64,000 bases of DNA from the IMG/VR virus record IMGVR_UViG_3300042945_003044; one strand, 5' to 3'. Under the pieces are notes generated by a model. The model ran no database searches, had not been told where the DNA came from, and was given only the letters and a program-made list of their open reading frames with translations. A program made the translations under genes and the position numbers. Shown one piece after another: positions 1 to 12,900 of the stretch; positions within the stretch are counted from its first letter, which is position 1, and each line of letters starts with the position of its first letter. The stretch is from a virus.

Positions 1-1017
1 CTCACAGAAGGTTCTTATGAGGTTAATGATAATTGGCTAGCTTTTAATAGTGGGGTGCGATATATAGAAGATTTTTCGATAGAGTCGTCTACTAGTGATA
101 ATTATACGACTACCGTTAGGGTTCAGGGTACAGTTAGGGGTCTAGAAACAGAAACCACTGGGATATTACGTACTGGCTTAGCTCCTGATAATAGTGGTTT
201 AATAGGATTAGACTTCGCTAAGGAAACCGCTAATGGTCCACTAACGAGCTCAGGAGGATCAACTAGTTCTCCTTCGTCAGCTACTCCGCCCGCAACAACG
301 GGAAATATAAAGGCATTCAAATACCAAAATGCCCTAGACGGATGGCTTGATGATATTAAGCCAACTCTTTACACAAGGGCCTGCTCTATAGTCAACAGCA
401 GAGAGAGAACACAGACTTATGTAAACCCTGCTGCCTCCAACCCTCCTGTGGCACCAATCAACCCCATTTTTGCTAAACAAACTTTGCTTAATGTTATTCC
501 GGTATCCACCACAGAAGGACATAGTTTATTAAATGGTACCATTTCTTACTCTTATGAGTTTAATAATAAGCAAAATGCTATCAGCGGGACTTTGTCGCAA
601 AATATCTCTATTACCGATGATGGACCAGCTGATGTAATAGCAGAGACTTTCGTTGTTGGCAGACAATTAGGTCCAATCATACAGAAGATGGGGAAATCTT
701 CTGCTAGAAAAAGCGTTAGTGTGGAAGTGGTGGTCGTACCACCTTCTAGTATAAGTGAGTTTTTACAAGTTAACTCAAGTTGTCCCTTATATACTGGTGG
801 CTATATATATCAGACTATCGATACTATTATAAGCGGTTTACAGCCTTTCGGGGCGCAGGTTACTCCCATATGGCCCCAAAGCAGAGGAGCAATACCGGGG
901 AATGTTTTTTTGAATAGCGATAATAGAACTTGGAATCCTACAGAAGGAAGATATAGCAGGAGCGTTTCCTGGACATATCAAACGTGTCAAGCCACAGATA
1001 ACTGGATGAATCATTAA
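1..1017 (+). CDS. Putative virion structural (tail/baseplate-like) protein, 5'-partial
   Basis: Frame is open from base 1 with no stop before the GTG at 55, so the gene probably starts upstream of the window. S/T/G-rich, beta-type composition. First of three tightly packed + strand giant ORFs. Confidence 0.55.
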   Translation, partial: LTEGSYEVNDNWLAFNSGVRYIEDFSIESSTSDNYTTTVRVQGTVRGLETETTGILRTGLAPDNSGLIGLDFAKETANGPLTSSGGSTSSPSSATPPATTGNIKAFKYQNALDGWLDDIKPTLYTRACSIVNSRERTQTYVNPAASNPPVAPINPIFAKQTLLNVIPVSTTEGHSLLNGTISYSYEFNNKQNAISGTLSQNISITDDGPADVIAETFVVGRQLGPIIQKMGKSSARKSVSVEVVVVPPSSISEFLQVNSSCPLYTGGYIYQTIDTIISGLQPFGAQVTPIWPQSRGAIPGNVFLNSDNRTWNPTEGRYSRSVSWTYQTCQATDNWMNH

Positions 1018-1022
1018 AAATT

Positions 1023-4000
1023 ATGCTATCAGTACCATGTTCAACAGAGGGTCCGCAGCCCAAGCCAATAGCTCAAACACTGTTTTTAGGAGCAAGTGTT
1101 AGTAGTTTTAATGCTAATATGGGTTGGGGCGGTCAGCCATCTACGGTTTCGATTACTCTAGTGGAAGACAAGGGGTGTGAAGGAATACCTCAAATAACAT
1201 CGACCACTAGTTACGAACCCAATCATTATTATACCTGCACCGGCGACAACTGCTATATTGATGAAAGAGGTAATGCTTTTAACGCTTATAGTACTCCAAA
1301 GCCAAAAGAAAAATTGATTCCTGGAAAAGTTTACTATAAATTCGACGAGCAGCATGGTTTTGCGTCGGAGTACCTTAGAACAGGAGATCCCGGTTTTTTT
1401 GGAACCGCTACCACTTTAGGGGCTGCTGGCGATCCGCCCGTACCAGTTAGTTATGATATAATAGGTACGCCTGTTTATTTTAAGATGCAGGATTTTGCAT
1501 TTGCGGGTCTGGTTCAATCATGGGAACGAGAGGTTAGTAGCGGAGGCGCGACTTATAGAGTGTCTATAGAAGGACCAGATAATATACTAAATAATAGTTG
1601 GATTATTATAGGAGATTATTCTGGTGCAGTATTTACAAAAGCTCAAAGCTCCACTGTTCTATACGGAGGACCAGTAAATTCATCAACTAATGATATGTCG
1701 GGCCTAGGTACTTTGAGCCAAGGGGCCATACCAAACGTTTTTAATGTGTACGGCTTTTTAGAATCTTGTGGAGTAGATAACTTCGGAGCTGCTAAAATTA
1801 ATGATAATGGATTGAAAGCTAAAGATATCAAAGACGCTTTGTTGGTATTAACATCATCGTATCGCAGTGATGACGGGCTCGATCAACTGGATCAATTGAA
1901 TAAAAATAGATTTTCTCCATTTGGCAGAATACTGGTGAAGTCGATACAAAAAGAATCTGATCTTTCAAGAATATCGACGATAAATAGTTACGGGGTTATA
2001 CCTCCGTTCCCGGACCGTAATGGACAATTGAGATGTCAATGTGTTTTAGATTTAGATGAACTTCCAGATGTGCCAGATGATTTTAGGATTTCTGGATCGG
2101 TAATTAGTATTATGGATTTTGTTCGACAGATTACCGATGAGGCAGGATATGATTTTTATTGGGAAATGATTCCGATAATGGCATTTGATAATAGTACACA
2201 GGTTATTAGTGTTATTAAGCTGCATACAGTATCTAGAAGATTTCAGCCGGCGACACATATGATTAAAGATACCATAGCCGCCTATGAGGCCAATGGTATA
2301 CCCATATCAACTGGTAGTCTCGGAAAAGAAAATAATCCCAGTAATATTAGAAGCTTATTATTTGGTCCACCGATACAAAGACTATATCAGACCAAGAGCT
2401 ATAGATTAGCATACACACAATCTAATTATATATTCGATAGTGTGTTAAATCAGTTCGTTAACTATCATGCTTTACCAGGTAACCTTTTAGGTAAAATAAG
2501 ATTTCCAACAGGATATTCTCAAAGAAATCCATATGTTTCTGAAACAATGAATGGCTCAGAAAATCATAGTTTATTAAATATGTCTGAGGAGATTAGGCCA
2601 ACCGGTCAAAGATTTAATAGCGACGATACTGCATACGATGACCCTTGGGGTAGTACAAATACTATTAAGCACGGTAATTATGGTCCAACAGAGAATATCA
2701 ATCCGTCGCCAGCGGGATCGCAGACCAGACCGGCTAGATTCATACCGCTATATGAAGATGTAATTTGTCCATTTTTTGGATATCAAAACGAAGAAAATAT
2801 TGAGATGTCAACGGGATCGGATAGTAATGTATTTCGTAGAATTAGGCCAGTATGGTTTGATACGTGGACCGGTCAGATTATTGTGGCTATGTATGTTTCC
2901 GAACTACCTATTACTAGTGTGCCTCTACGATCTTTGTTTACCGCAGGATCTTTTTTTTCCATAGGAGAATCAGAGATTCGCGCTGCTATGTCAGGACCCG
3001 AAGCTTATCTTATATACTGTTTAGAAAAAATCTTTAAACCAGATTTATTCTTAATGCTCTTAGCGGCGTATAAAACAGCTGGTAGTCCTATTTCGGAAAC
3101 TTTTGGATCATGGCAACAACAGGCTAATGCTGCTGGATCTACTGGCATACCCGATGAACCTCGTCCTGATCAACCGGATTTAGCGGGCTCTAGCTTTGAT
3201 GTATTTTTACATCCTAATTTTTTAAGAGATTTTGATATCTTGACTAGTTTTGTAGCTAATCTTGGACAAAAATATTATGGTAAAAAATATATGGTTAGAA
3301 TGCCGGGGGTCAGAGCTTATAAAGATCAGCAGTATTTTGATATAACTGCTCCGGCCAACTCTTCCCCATTTTTTGTATACCAAGGTAGCGGCAAGATTTT
3401 CTATAATTACGAACCGTGTTCTGAAGCATGGGAAGAGCCTCAAAATTATATAGACGATACTATTGCGGTTGGTTCATCGGATTATTTTACTTTGGCTAAT
3501 GATAATGCTTGTATTCCTCCTATTGTGGGGTATAATGCTTCTGACAATTTTGATAGAACACGATTCTTTTTGAGCACTTTACCGAATATCAATGCCTTCA
3601 TAGGTGCTTTGGGTAGAAATGCCGGAGATAAGGACGGCAAATTGCATCAGGATCTTTTGGTTCAGTGGCAGGCTGCCAAGGCAGGCGGAATAAATCGACC
3701 ATTAAGCGACTTTACGCTTCCTAGTTTAGATATTTCCAGCCTGTCTGCTTCGGAATACATAGTGAAACCAGTGGCTGCTCATCCCGACGCGTTTGGCAAT
3801 ACGTTGCCAGAAGCAGTATGTAAAAAACTCTATGTTAAAACAACCTCAGAAGAGGGTTTTGCGTTTTTATATCCTGAAACCATGAGAGGGCCGAGAGTAA
3901 TAATAGACGCTCCTGGTATTCAGTTAGCATCTAGCAGCTTATCTTATGAAACAGATCCATCGTCTACAATAATAGCAAATGTGTCAATTGAAGACCTAGG

Positions 4001-6986
4001 CATATATTACAAGGCGACACAAGAAAATGGTGGGACTATAGACGTCCCCTTTGTAAAATATATGCTAAGTTATTGTGCCCCAATATTTAACGGAGCTTTT
4101 TTAAGAGGCAATCCTCATAATATATCATCTCTTTATCCTTCCTTACAGCCAAAGGCTGCTCATCCCTTTTTTGCGGCTATACCTGTTAAATCCAAGATTT
4201 TTTCCTATGGACCATGGACGAATTATCCTTATTTGATAAGAGAAGAAATTTTTCCAACACATAATGTGTCAGCCGCGTCCAATGGGGTAGAAAACCTAAT
4301 CGGAGGAGTCAAAGTAGAATATGATCAGGATTTAGCGCCATGGAATTATGGCAATATGTCTTTGTTAGATAGGGTAGCTGTCAAAAAAATACAAGCCATG
4401 GCTAATTATCAGCCAGTAGGAGAAATGGGCAGTATACAAACTCCTGGTTTACCGATATTCGGTATTGGATCAAGGTTTATCAGCAGGACCGCTCAAACTT
4501 ATGGTAGTCTTCCAACGAGCCAGACTATTCATAATAATGTTCTATATACTAGATCGTCTAGTAGTACCGCAGTATATACTGATGAAAAAGCATCAGGATC
4601 ACCGTTACCGGAAATCGTATCTAGAATGTTTGGTGGTAATATAGTAAATCCTCCAAATCCAACAACACAAACCTCCTTAACTTATAATTTATTGACTTTG
4701 ACGGCGCCGGACGAACAATTAGCCCCCATCATCACTAGTATTAGTATTAGTTTTGGTAGAGACATCACCACAACATATGGATTTAGAACACATACTAGAA
4801 AACTGGCTCTTTTTAACAAAGCTGATACTGACAGAACCAAAGAGTTCGCTCTACAAAATATAAAAAGAAATAAACAAATAGCTAATACATATAATAGCTC
4901 ATTAAAAACCATTAATGAACAAAAAGATAATATACGTAAAGGCATAGGGTCTGGTAAAGGATATGCTAATCAAGCTAATTTGTCTCAAAAGCGCAAAAAG
5001 TTTTATGATTGGAGTCCCAGCGTATTATTTATAGGAGGCAGCGTTCCTTTTATACATAATCAGTTTATACGAGAAATACAAGAATCATCTAATGAAACAG
5101 CATCCGATGCTAGGCAGAATGATGAGAATAAACCGGGTAAACCAACGGTTCCAGAAAACGGTATCTCTTTGAGATACGGCGCTGATCCAGGTGACGATGC
5201 CACAAAAGCAGCTAAATTTAATGATGACGCAAAAACAATAGCCACTCTTTATGAAACACATAGACGTAAAACTTTTGTGGGAACATATACTCCCGCGGAC
5301 GCCAAAACAGAGTTGGGCCATGAATATGCGTCCAAATCTGTGATGAGCGTAGATGGTTTGTTTTCTCCAGTTTCTTTCTATCCTACTTGGGCCGGGTCAA
5401 CATCCCATATGTCTGTTTACAATCCGGAACAGTGTCCTTTCTGTAACGGGGATCAAAAGTTAAATGTTAACATTTATAATTATAAAACCAGAGAATCCTC
5501 ACAGGCCAATTTCAAATGCCAACATTGTGGCGTTCAGTCCGTACCCAAAGGTAGCTCAAAAACACAGCTTAAAAAATCTGCGGAGTCTTTACCTCCGTAT
5601 ATTGTTGCTAGTGGAACAGATATTTCTTCGCTATTATCTTTGAATGAGTCCTCATCAACAACACAATCGTCTAGTGATAGCGATTCATCTAGCTCGTCAG
5701 GTTCGGAAGAGGGTGTGGAAATACCTATTAATCTTTTTAGCTTACAGCCTATTGTGGTTCCATACGGTCTTTTCCGTAATCCTAATGCTTCCGTAGAATC
5801 TAGATGTAGACACAGTATTCAGGTGGTGGGTAGAGGCGCTGAACCACCCAAAAATGATATGGGTTTTAATATTAATAGTAATTTAGGAGACTATTATTTA
5901 ACTAATGGAAATAAGCAAAAGCCGAACGAGCAGGGTCAGGGACACAATATAGATTTTTATGAGTATGACATAGCTGGTAATCCCAACAGACTAATGAATC
6001 ATAGATTTTTTGGTTTACGTGGACCTATAACTTTGCATGGCTGGGGATACGATACGGAAGGCTATCCGGTACCCAATGCTGCTGATGAGCCCGTTGAATT
6101 TGATTCTAATGGACGGCCCAAGAGATTCTTGGTCACAATTACGAGAACCGCTAAAACTTATGCTCAGCTAGAAGAAGGTGATGTATTTGAGTTTCCGGTT
6201 GATAATACAGCAAATAAATATATAAAAAGATCTAAGCCTATAGTTGTTAATGATAATGGTGCTTTTAGAGAAATTACAGACGAAGATAATGTCACGCTAT
6301 ATGAAACAGAAAACGATCCCGATAATCCTGGATTATTTGAGGCCGGTGCCAATCAGACCCTGGGAGACATTATAGGCATCGGATGGTCTGTGGAAAACGG
6401 AAAATGGATCAAGAAAAAAAGCAACAAGTTTTATAAAGACTGGGCCGAAAGATCCGATCTATGGCCTGTTGGACCGATAGATTTGAGATGGGATGAAAAT
6501 CGTAGAGTTTGGAGTGTTTCTACATCCGATGTGAGTACAACTTATAAATTTGTTTATGTTACTCTAGAAGAAGATCTAATAAAAGACGATTATACCGATA
6601 CTACTTATGTGGCAAGAGCATTCTTAGACGATGTAGAATATTCCGCAGAGCCATTACAGCAAAACTATAGAAGATTAGTATTTGTTCAAGACAAAGCGGG
6701 TTATACCGCCCCAAGAGGAGCCAAGCTACTATGTCGTTATGATTCCAATACGGGATTTTATGAGCCGATTACTAAGCCGTCTTATATTGTTTACGGTATT
6801 ATTAATAGTGGAAATCAAGCCACCCTTGAAATGAGTTATGTACAAGGAAAACGCAGAGGAGAAAATAATCCTACAATGTTGACCAATTTTGACAATCCAT
6901 TTGGATTTAGAACAATTGTGGGCAATAAGGGTATGTTTAATTTTACGGCCGGAAGATGGATACTGAGCGCCACTAAGGAGTCTTAG
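1023..6986 (+). CDS. Very large (1987 aa) putative virion/tail protein
   Basis: Long uninterrupted ORF, G/P/S/T/N-rich, with a CPFC...CQHC putative Zn site and a Ser-rich linker. No enzyme motifs. Function inferred from size and context. Confidence 0.55.
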   Translation: MLSVPCSTEGPQPKPIAQTLFLGASVSSFNANMGWGGQPSTVSITLVEDKGCEGIPQITSTTSYEPNHYYTCTGDNCYIDERGNAFNAYSTPKPKEKLIPGKVYYKFDEQHGFASEYLRTGDPGFFGTATTLGAAGDPPVPVSYDIIGTPVYFKMQDFAFAGLVQSWEREVSSGGATYRVSIEGPDNILNNSWIIIGDYSGAVFTKAQSSTVLYGGPVNSSTNDMSGLGTLSQGAIPNVFNVYGFLESCGVDNFGAAKINDNGLKAKDIKDALLVLTSSYRSDDGLDQLDQLNKNRFSPFGRILVKSIQKESDLSRISTINSYGVIPPFPDRNGQLRCQCVLDLDELPDVPDDFRISGSVISIMDFVRQITDEAGYDFYWEMIPIMAFDNSTQVISVIKLHTVSRRFQPATHMIKDTIAAYEANGIPISTGSLGKENNPSNIRSLLFGPPIQRLYQTKSYRLAYTQSNYIFDSVLNQFVNYHALPGNLLGKIRFPTGYSQRNPYVSETMNGSENHSLLNMSEEIRPTGQRFNSDDTAYDDPWGSTNTIKHGNYGPTENINPSPAGSQTRPARFIPLYEDVICPFFGYQNEENIEMSTGSDSNVFRRIRPVWFDTWTGQIIVAMYVSELPITSVPLRSLFTAGSFFSIGESEIRAAMSGPEAYLIYCLEKIFKPDLFLMLLAAYKTAGSPISETFGSWQQQANAAGSTGIPDEPRPDQPDLAGSSFDVFLHPNFLRDFDILTSFVANLGQKYYGKKYMVRMPGVRAYKDQQYFDITAPANSSPFFVYQGSGKIFYNYEPCSEAWEEPQNYIDDTIAVGSSDYFTLANDNACIPPIVGYNASDNFDRTRFFLSTLPNINAFIGALGRNAGDKDGKLHQDLLVQWQAAKAGGINRPLSDFTLPSLDISSLSASEYIVKPVAAHPDAFGNTLPEAVCKKLYVKTTSEEGFAFLYPETMRGPRVIIDAPGIQLASSSLSYETDPSSTIIANVSIEDLGIYYKATQENGGTIDVPFVKYMLSYCAPIFNGAFLRGNPHNISSLYPSLQPKAAHPFFAAIPVKSKIFSYGPWTNYPYLIREEIFPTHNVSAASNGVENLIGGVKVEYDQDLAPWNYGNMSLLDRVAVKKIQAMANYQPVGEMGSIQTPGLPIFGIGSRFISRTAQTYGSLPTSQTIHNNVLYTRSSSSTAVYTDEKASGSPLPEIVSRMFGGNIVNPPNPTTQTSLTYNLLTLTAPDEQLAPIITSISISFGRDITTTYGFRTHTRKLALFNKADTDRTKEFALQNIKRNKQIANTYNSSLKTINEQKDNIRKGIGSGKGYANQANLSQKRKKFYDWSPSVLFIGGSVPFIHNQFIREIQESSNETASDARQNDENKPGKPTVPENGISLRYGADPGDDATKAAKFNDDAKTIATLYETHRRKTFVGTYTPADAKTELGHEYASKSVMSVDGLFSPVSFYPTWAGSTSHMSVYNPEQCPFCNGDQKLNVNIYNYKTRESSQANFKCQHCGVQSVPKGSSKTQLKKSAESLPPYIVASGTDISSLLSLNESSSTTQSSSDSDSSSSSGSEEGVEIPINLFSLQPIVVPYGLFRNPNASVESRCRHSIQVVGRGAEPPKNDMGFNINSNLGDYYLTNGNKQKPNEQGQGHNIDFYEYDIAGNPNRLMNHRFFGLRGPITLHGWGYDTEGYPVPNAADEPVEFDSNGRPKRFLVTITRTAKTYAQLEEGDVFEFPVDNTANKYIKRSKPIVVNDNGAFREITDEDNVTLYETENDPDNPGLFEAGANQTLGDIIGIGWSVENGKWIKKKSNKFYKDWAERSDLWPVGPIDLRWDENRRVWSVSTSDVSTTYKFVYVTLEEDLIKDDYTDTTYVARAFLDDVEYSAEPLQQNYRRLVFVQDKAGYTAPRGAKLLCRYDSNTGFYEPITKPSYIVYGIINSGNQATLEMSYVQGKRRGENNPTMLTNFDNPFGFRTIVGNKGMFNFTAGRWILSATKES

Positions 6987-6988
6987 TT

Positions 6989-9900
6989 ATGTATAAAGAC
7001 GATAAAATTAATCAGTGTACCATATATAATAGCGCCTTTATAGACGATATATTACCATACACATTAGGCTTAAATAGTGACGATCAGCTATCTTTAAAGT
7101 TTAATAATAATGTAGTATCTAATGTAGATTTCAAAATTAATCAACTAAGAGAGCTAATTACTCAGAGCAAAAACTTATTGGGGGTATCGGATCCAGAATT
7201 ATTAAAAGATGTCTGGATTCCTATTTTTATAACTAACGATAATTACGTACAAAATAAAGAAATCAAAAGATATGGCACCAATAAAAAGAAAATTTTTGGT
7301 ATAGAAGACTTTATTAGTTTTCGTGGAGAATATAAAAATTGGATCATTAATAATGCTAATACTAAATTAAGTTCTGATTGGTACACCCACTCTAACGACA
7401 TTTCATATAATATAGATTATAGTATAATGTGTTGGTATAGATTAGAGTCTAATAATATTTATTCAACACATGTTTCTATTAAAAATATACCAAATGGATA
7501 TCCTGTGGTTTGCAATCAGGCATTGTCTTATACGGATAATGGTCGCTCCGTAAACATATCCACAAATGACATCCTGATTAAAAAGAACGACTCCACCCTG
7601 CTCTTGCCGCATAAAGATAATAGTATTATTGGATCTAGTACAGAAATTAGTAGTAGTGCTAATATGACCTTTAATTCTGAACAATCTGTTTTTAATTTAT
7701 CTAAAGTTGAAGACCTCGCAACTCTTAATCCCTTATTTAAAGTACATACTGAAACAATTATGGGTTTAACGACTGACGGCCAGAGGTCCAATGATAGATT
7801 ATGGATAGCAGACGGAGAGGCTTACTCTTACTCTTTGAATAAAAGACGACAAAAAGAGGATTTTTCCTCTGGTATCTGCACCCACACTTATCTTAGCCCC
7901 TCATTGTTTTATAAGGCTAATAGCATATATCACAGATTAACAGCCGCCCAAATAAAACTAGCTAATGGAAGCTCATTACCTAAAGATAAAGCCAAGGCCT
8001 TGCGTAAATTATCTTATTTTTTGGCCACGGCACCAACAATTGATCGAGTATCACTAGATCTTTTGTATCATCCAGAAATACAGCAGCTACTATCCACTTT
8101 TTTAAATACCGATATAGCCGCTAATTTAACCATGACAACAGTGGATATAAATAAAGAAATAACGCTATTTGCTAAATTACTGTATCAAATTATGGTAAGA
8201 TATAAAAACCTTAGTAGTAACGCCACCTTTGTCGGTTCACTATCTTCTTCATTAGTTACATCAAAAAAAGATTTATTCAAACGAATCATTAACAAGTATC
8301 CTGCTCATCTTAGGATAACCTCAGATACTAATGTTTCATATAAACATCTAATGCCAGATGGCCCCAATTTTAGTTGCAGAAGATTATGGAGGTCTTTTTG
8401 CGATAAAACTTTAAGACACAATAATTTTGAAGACCTAGGCCCAGATCAAACATGGAGACTTATTTTATATAATAATGAAAAAATAGAATGTCAAGGACTA
8501 GAACTAGAAACTAATTTTACAAGAAATACCAGTGAAATCTTATTAGATAATACCGGATCTAATGCAGTAGATGCTCCGGAACAAGAACTAAATAATAAGT
8601 TATTACCTTTAGCAGATATTACCAGGTCTCCACTTGGCGCCGTATATAACGTAGGAGGACCTGGAGATTTTGGTACTTCTCCCGCACTTGACCTTGGACC
8701 CTCTATCAAAATAACATTATCAGATGATGATCTGCGTTGGGACTTTACGCAGTCGCCCCCGGCTATAGTTACTGAAAAATCATTTTTCGTAGGGGGTGTT
8801 GATCAAACACAAAATTTTACTAATTATAGAAATAGAGCTTTTTGGGAACAGGTCGAAGGTCCTGATTGTTTAAGGTTTAGTAATTGTGCTATAGACCCTA
8901 ATATTAAGGGAAAATGCGCATATACAATCAAACAAAAAACAACAACAGACGAAATGCCGAAAATTTGGATTCGCAGCACAGGAAAATATGTTGTTAGAAT
9001 GACCATGTTCTCTCCTTTCGATACGCAAACTGACACACTAACTATTTATGTTGCTAATAGTGCTGGTGAGTACGAGCCAGGAAAAATTGTTCCCAGCGAA
9101 GCCATAGATATATCTAGCCGTATTGATGAATTTCCAGCCAATCTTCCAGTAGGCGCAGATTCTGAAAACACTATTCCAAACGACATACTAAAAACAATGT
9201 GTTGTAACTTGAGTCAGTTTGCTCTTGGTAAACAAGGTTTGTTTTGGCCATTAAAATCAGATTCTTATGCTATAGTCCCATTAGCCCCTAACGTGATAGG
9301 TACCACAGGAGACTTTAGTGTGCCTGGTATGGTAAAGCTTCAAGATACTGGGCCTTATTTTGGGGTTAAAAAAAATAACTCCATAAATAATAAACCGTTA
9401 ACGTTTACTATCAAACCTAACAATACCATAATATATATAGACAATATGATATTAGAGCATATAAGAGACGGATCTGATAAATATACTAATTGTAATTCTT
9501 TGTTAATAGATCTTTTATATGCTTCTCCGACCAAATTAGGAAGTAGGCCTACAGGAACTTCCGGATACTATCGAAGACGAAGAGGGCTGGCTCGTACTTT
9601 GAATAGGTTTTTTGCTAGGCACGAAACCCCTACTGTGGCCCCATCTGGAGATATTATTGTTAATTTTGATGATCCTCGCACCTCCATGAAGTTTGCGCCC
9701 CCAGTTAAGGCATATGGGGGATATGATCAAAAGGTCGTCAATAGTCTGGGTATTACTATCCCGTATCATCCGGCTCCAAGCGGTACGATGCCGGTATTGC
9801 TAACTAAGCATAATTTTGAAACACCCGATAATATCTTATGTCATAAAAAATATTTAAATATTAACAGCTCGGGAGATATTATTTTTAGTAAAGGAACTTT

Positions 9901-12900
9901 CCATCCTCGTTTAGGATGGATACCTTCACCGAATTCTCAGGATACAGCCCTGTCGTCTTTGGCCAACGACAGTCTGTATCAGCAGCATAAAAATAAAAAT
10001 TCTGTATTAAAATGGAAGATGGATAAAAAAAATACATTCGTTTTTAAAGGCCTAGGTATATATGGTTTAAAAGCTTCTTATTATCACGACAAGCAACTTG
10101 CTCCTAGTTATAAAAGATCAGCTATCTATATTACAAACAGAAGCGGGGTTCCTTATAGCGATTATACTGGTCATGATAATAATCTTGGATATAGAAGTTC
10201 GAGCGATGCTTACGAATATATGTCTGATGAGTACCATGTAGATATTTTAAATGCTGGCTTAGCAGATATGACTTGTGATATTACTAATAACGCAGTGGTT
10301 TATGGGATCGATAGGCCGGATATAGATTCGTTAACGATTAGGGATATTGAAGTTAGAATTAATAACTTAAACTATCCAAATATTAAACATATGGTAGTTT
10401 GGCTAGAAGCTTCGAATGCCGCGTGGTCTGGAATCAATAATACCACAGATATACTTGATAATCCAAATCAGATAGATATATCCACAGTAGGATCACAATT
10501 TGCCGATTTAGCAGCGTACAGGACGGCATTGATTAATATGAACGCTAATCCTGATCCTAGTACCAGGCGACTATATTTATTAAACAGAGACTATATTGAA
10601 GACTATACTTATAATTATAGTATAACATTTTCGGATAATACTTCTTTGGATATGGGTGGTAATCCTAATAAAATCAACAGTGAAGTTTTATTTAAGAATA
10701 ATCAAACATATACTCAAAACCACAAGATTAAGCCCACGCTCACTCCTAATGGGTACGACGATGCTGCGTGTTCGATATATAGGTCTTCAATGGTTAAGAA
10801 CGGACTTATTCCCAAAGAAGCCTGCCTGCATAAATTTAATGGCTTACCACTCAAAGACACAACGTTTGCGCTTTATGTAGGAATATGGGACTATGAAGAC
10901 AATTTTATTGTAAGAGATATGAATCCATGGAATGCTACTTTGCTGGGTATGAAAGGGGTCACAGATAAAGTAAAACCAGGTATATTAAGCAATGCCTTGT
11001 GTTCTTGGGATCTCATAATACATACAGATAAGACTACTAGATCAGAGCCAACTGATCCCATTGGTCTATTTGATCGTAAAAATCAAGACCCAACTTTTAC
11101 CAACGGCAGCAGTTTTATAGCAAATTTCAAGGACCGCAAACATCTTATTCCACAAGTAAATTTAAATGCTCCATATAATTATCTTGATAATTCGAATTTT
11201 TGTGCTTATAAAGAACCAGAATTAACCACGGCTACGAGATTTAATATGGTGGAATTCCCCACCTGGGCAATATTACAGATTATAACAGCCATGACGCCAG
11301 TCTATGGTGGTGGCGGTTCGGTTTTTACTGGAGATCCTAGTACTGGGTATGGTGCTATTTATGATTTTTTTGCTCAAAATAGAGCCTCTAATCTTACAGA
11401 AATACAACAACGTAAAACACAAGTAGGAAGATATTCTAGACGACCATTTGGGGCCTCAGACAAAGCGCTCGTGGCGATTAGTAACGACGGTAATGTTTGG
11501 TATAAAACAGAACTACCTATTTTTAGATACGACAACTGCCATACTCTGCAAAATAATCAGTATTCATATATTAAGCTCAAAAAAAATAATATACCTTTTT
11601 TATCTCATTTTGATTTTCAGTTCTTCGCAGAATCTGACGCAGAGTTTTTACCTAGCGCCTCCGACTGGGCCGACAGCCTATTCAAGCACAAGTATATTGT
11701 TGATAATGCGGTGGTTGGGTTTAGTGGAGGCTTTACCTCTACAGATTTAATAGGGAATAAGTCTGTTATAAAGATCTATGGCCCAAGGGCGTATTATCTT
11801 TTTGACACTAATGATACCATTAGTATTTCTAGTCCCACGACAACAGACGCAAACAGAATGGTTAATAGAACAATAGCTTCTAAAGCTTTAATATCTATTA
11901 ACAATAAAGAATACACGGTATTTAAACTCAATACTAACATAAATGATGCATCGTATTTTACTAAACCAGAAGACAATCAAGACACCTTGATCATTTTTAA
12001 AAATGACTATACTACGATAGGGGGTGCAACTCCTATCAATATATGGGGCTTAGAGAAATCTCAGACACCAAGAAAAACACCAGATAGACACTTTAGCGCA
12101 TTTGGAGAGGGCTCATATGGTAGAGGAGTAGAGAATATTAGGGAAAATACTTTGTCTTATTTATTCGATCAGAATCATATAGAACCTATTTATGAAAATA
12201 TTAATCATAAACATAAATTTTTATTTAGATTTGATTCTATAAAAGTCAATAATTTAGATATCAATTTAGAAAATATTGCGTCTCCTACACGCAATAACAC
12301 TATAAGGGGCTTTCCTTGGTCAATAGATACTGAACAAAGAGGATTACTTAAGCAGTATGTTTTACTGGGTAAACCGTCACCACAACTACTGCAACAGATA
12401 GATAACCTGAAAAAACAGAAAGAGACCGCTAGAAAAAACATTACAGACGAAGACGCTTTAAAAGCAAGATTACACGCTATTGATGCTTCTATACCAGTGT
12501 CGCAAGTTGAAATAATGTTTATTCCAGATCTTAAAGCATATATCTCTTTTCTAGAGCCAGATTTGGAAGATTGCGACCCGTGCTTAAAAGATAGTGCGGA
12601 AAAACTTTTAAAAATTAAAGAGGAGCAAATAGCTCCATTTTACAAATTTAACACCTCTTATGCCTTTATAGATCTAAGACTAGATAGATTTAAAAGTAGT
12701 TCGGAAGTACCGGATACTGGAACCATATCTATAGCTAATGATTTTATTTTTAATCAGCCTCAAAATAAGCTAGATGCGAATACAATTAATACTATAAATA
12801 CTAGAATAGCTTTTTTAACAACTAAATCTCAAGCGTTTGAAAATAGACTCAATATAGCAAAAGAGGAGGATTCTTTTCCTACAAATATAACACTAACCGA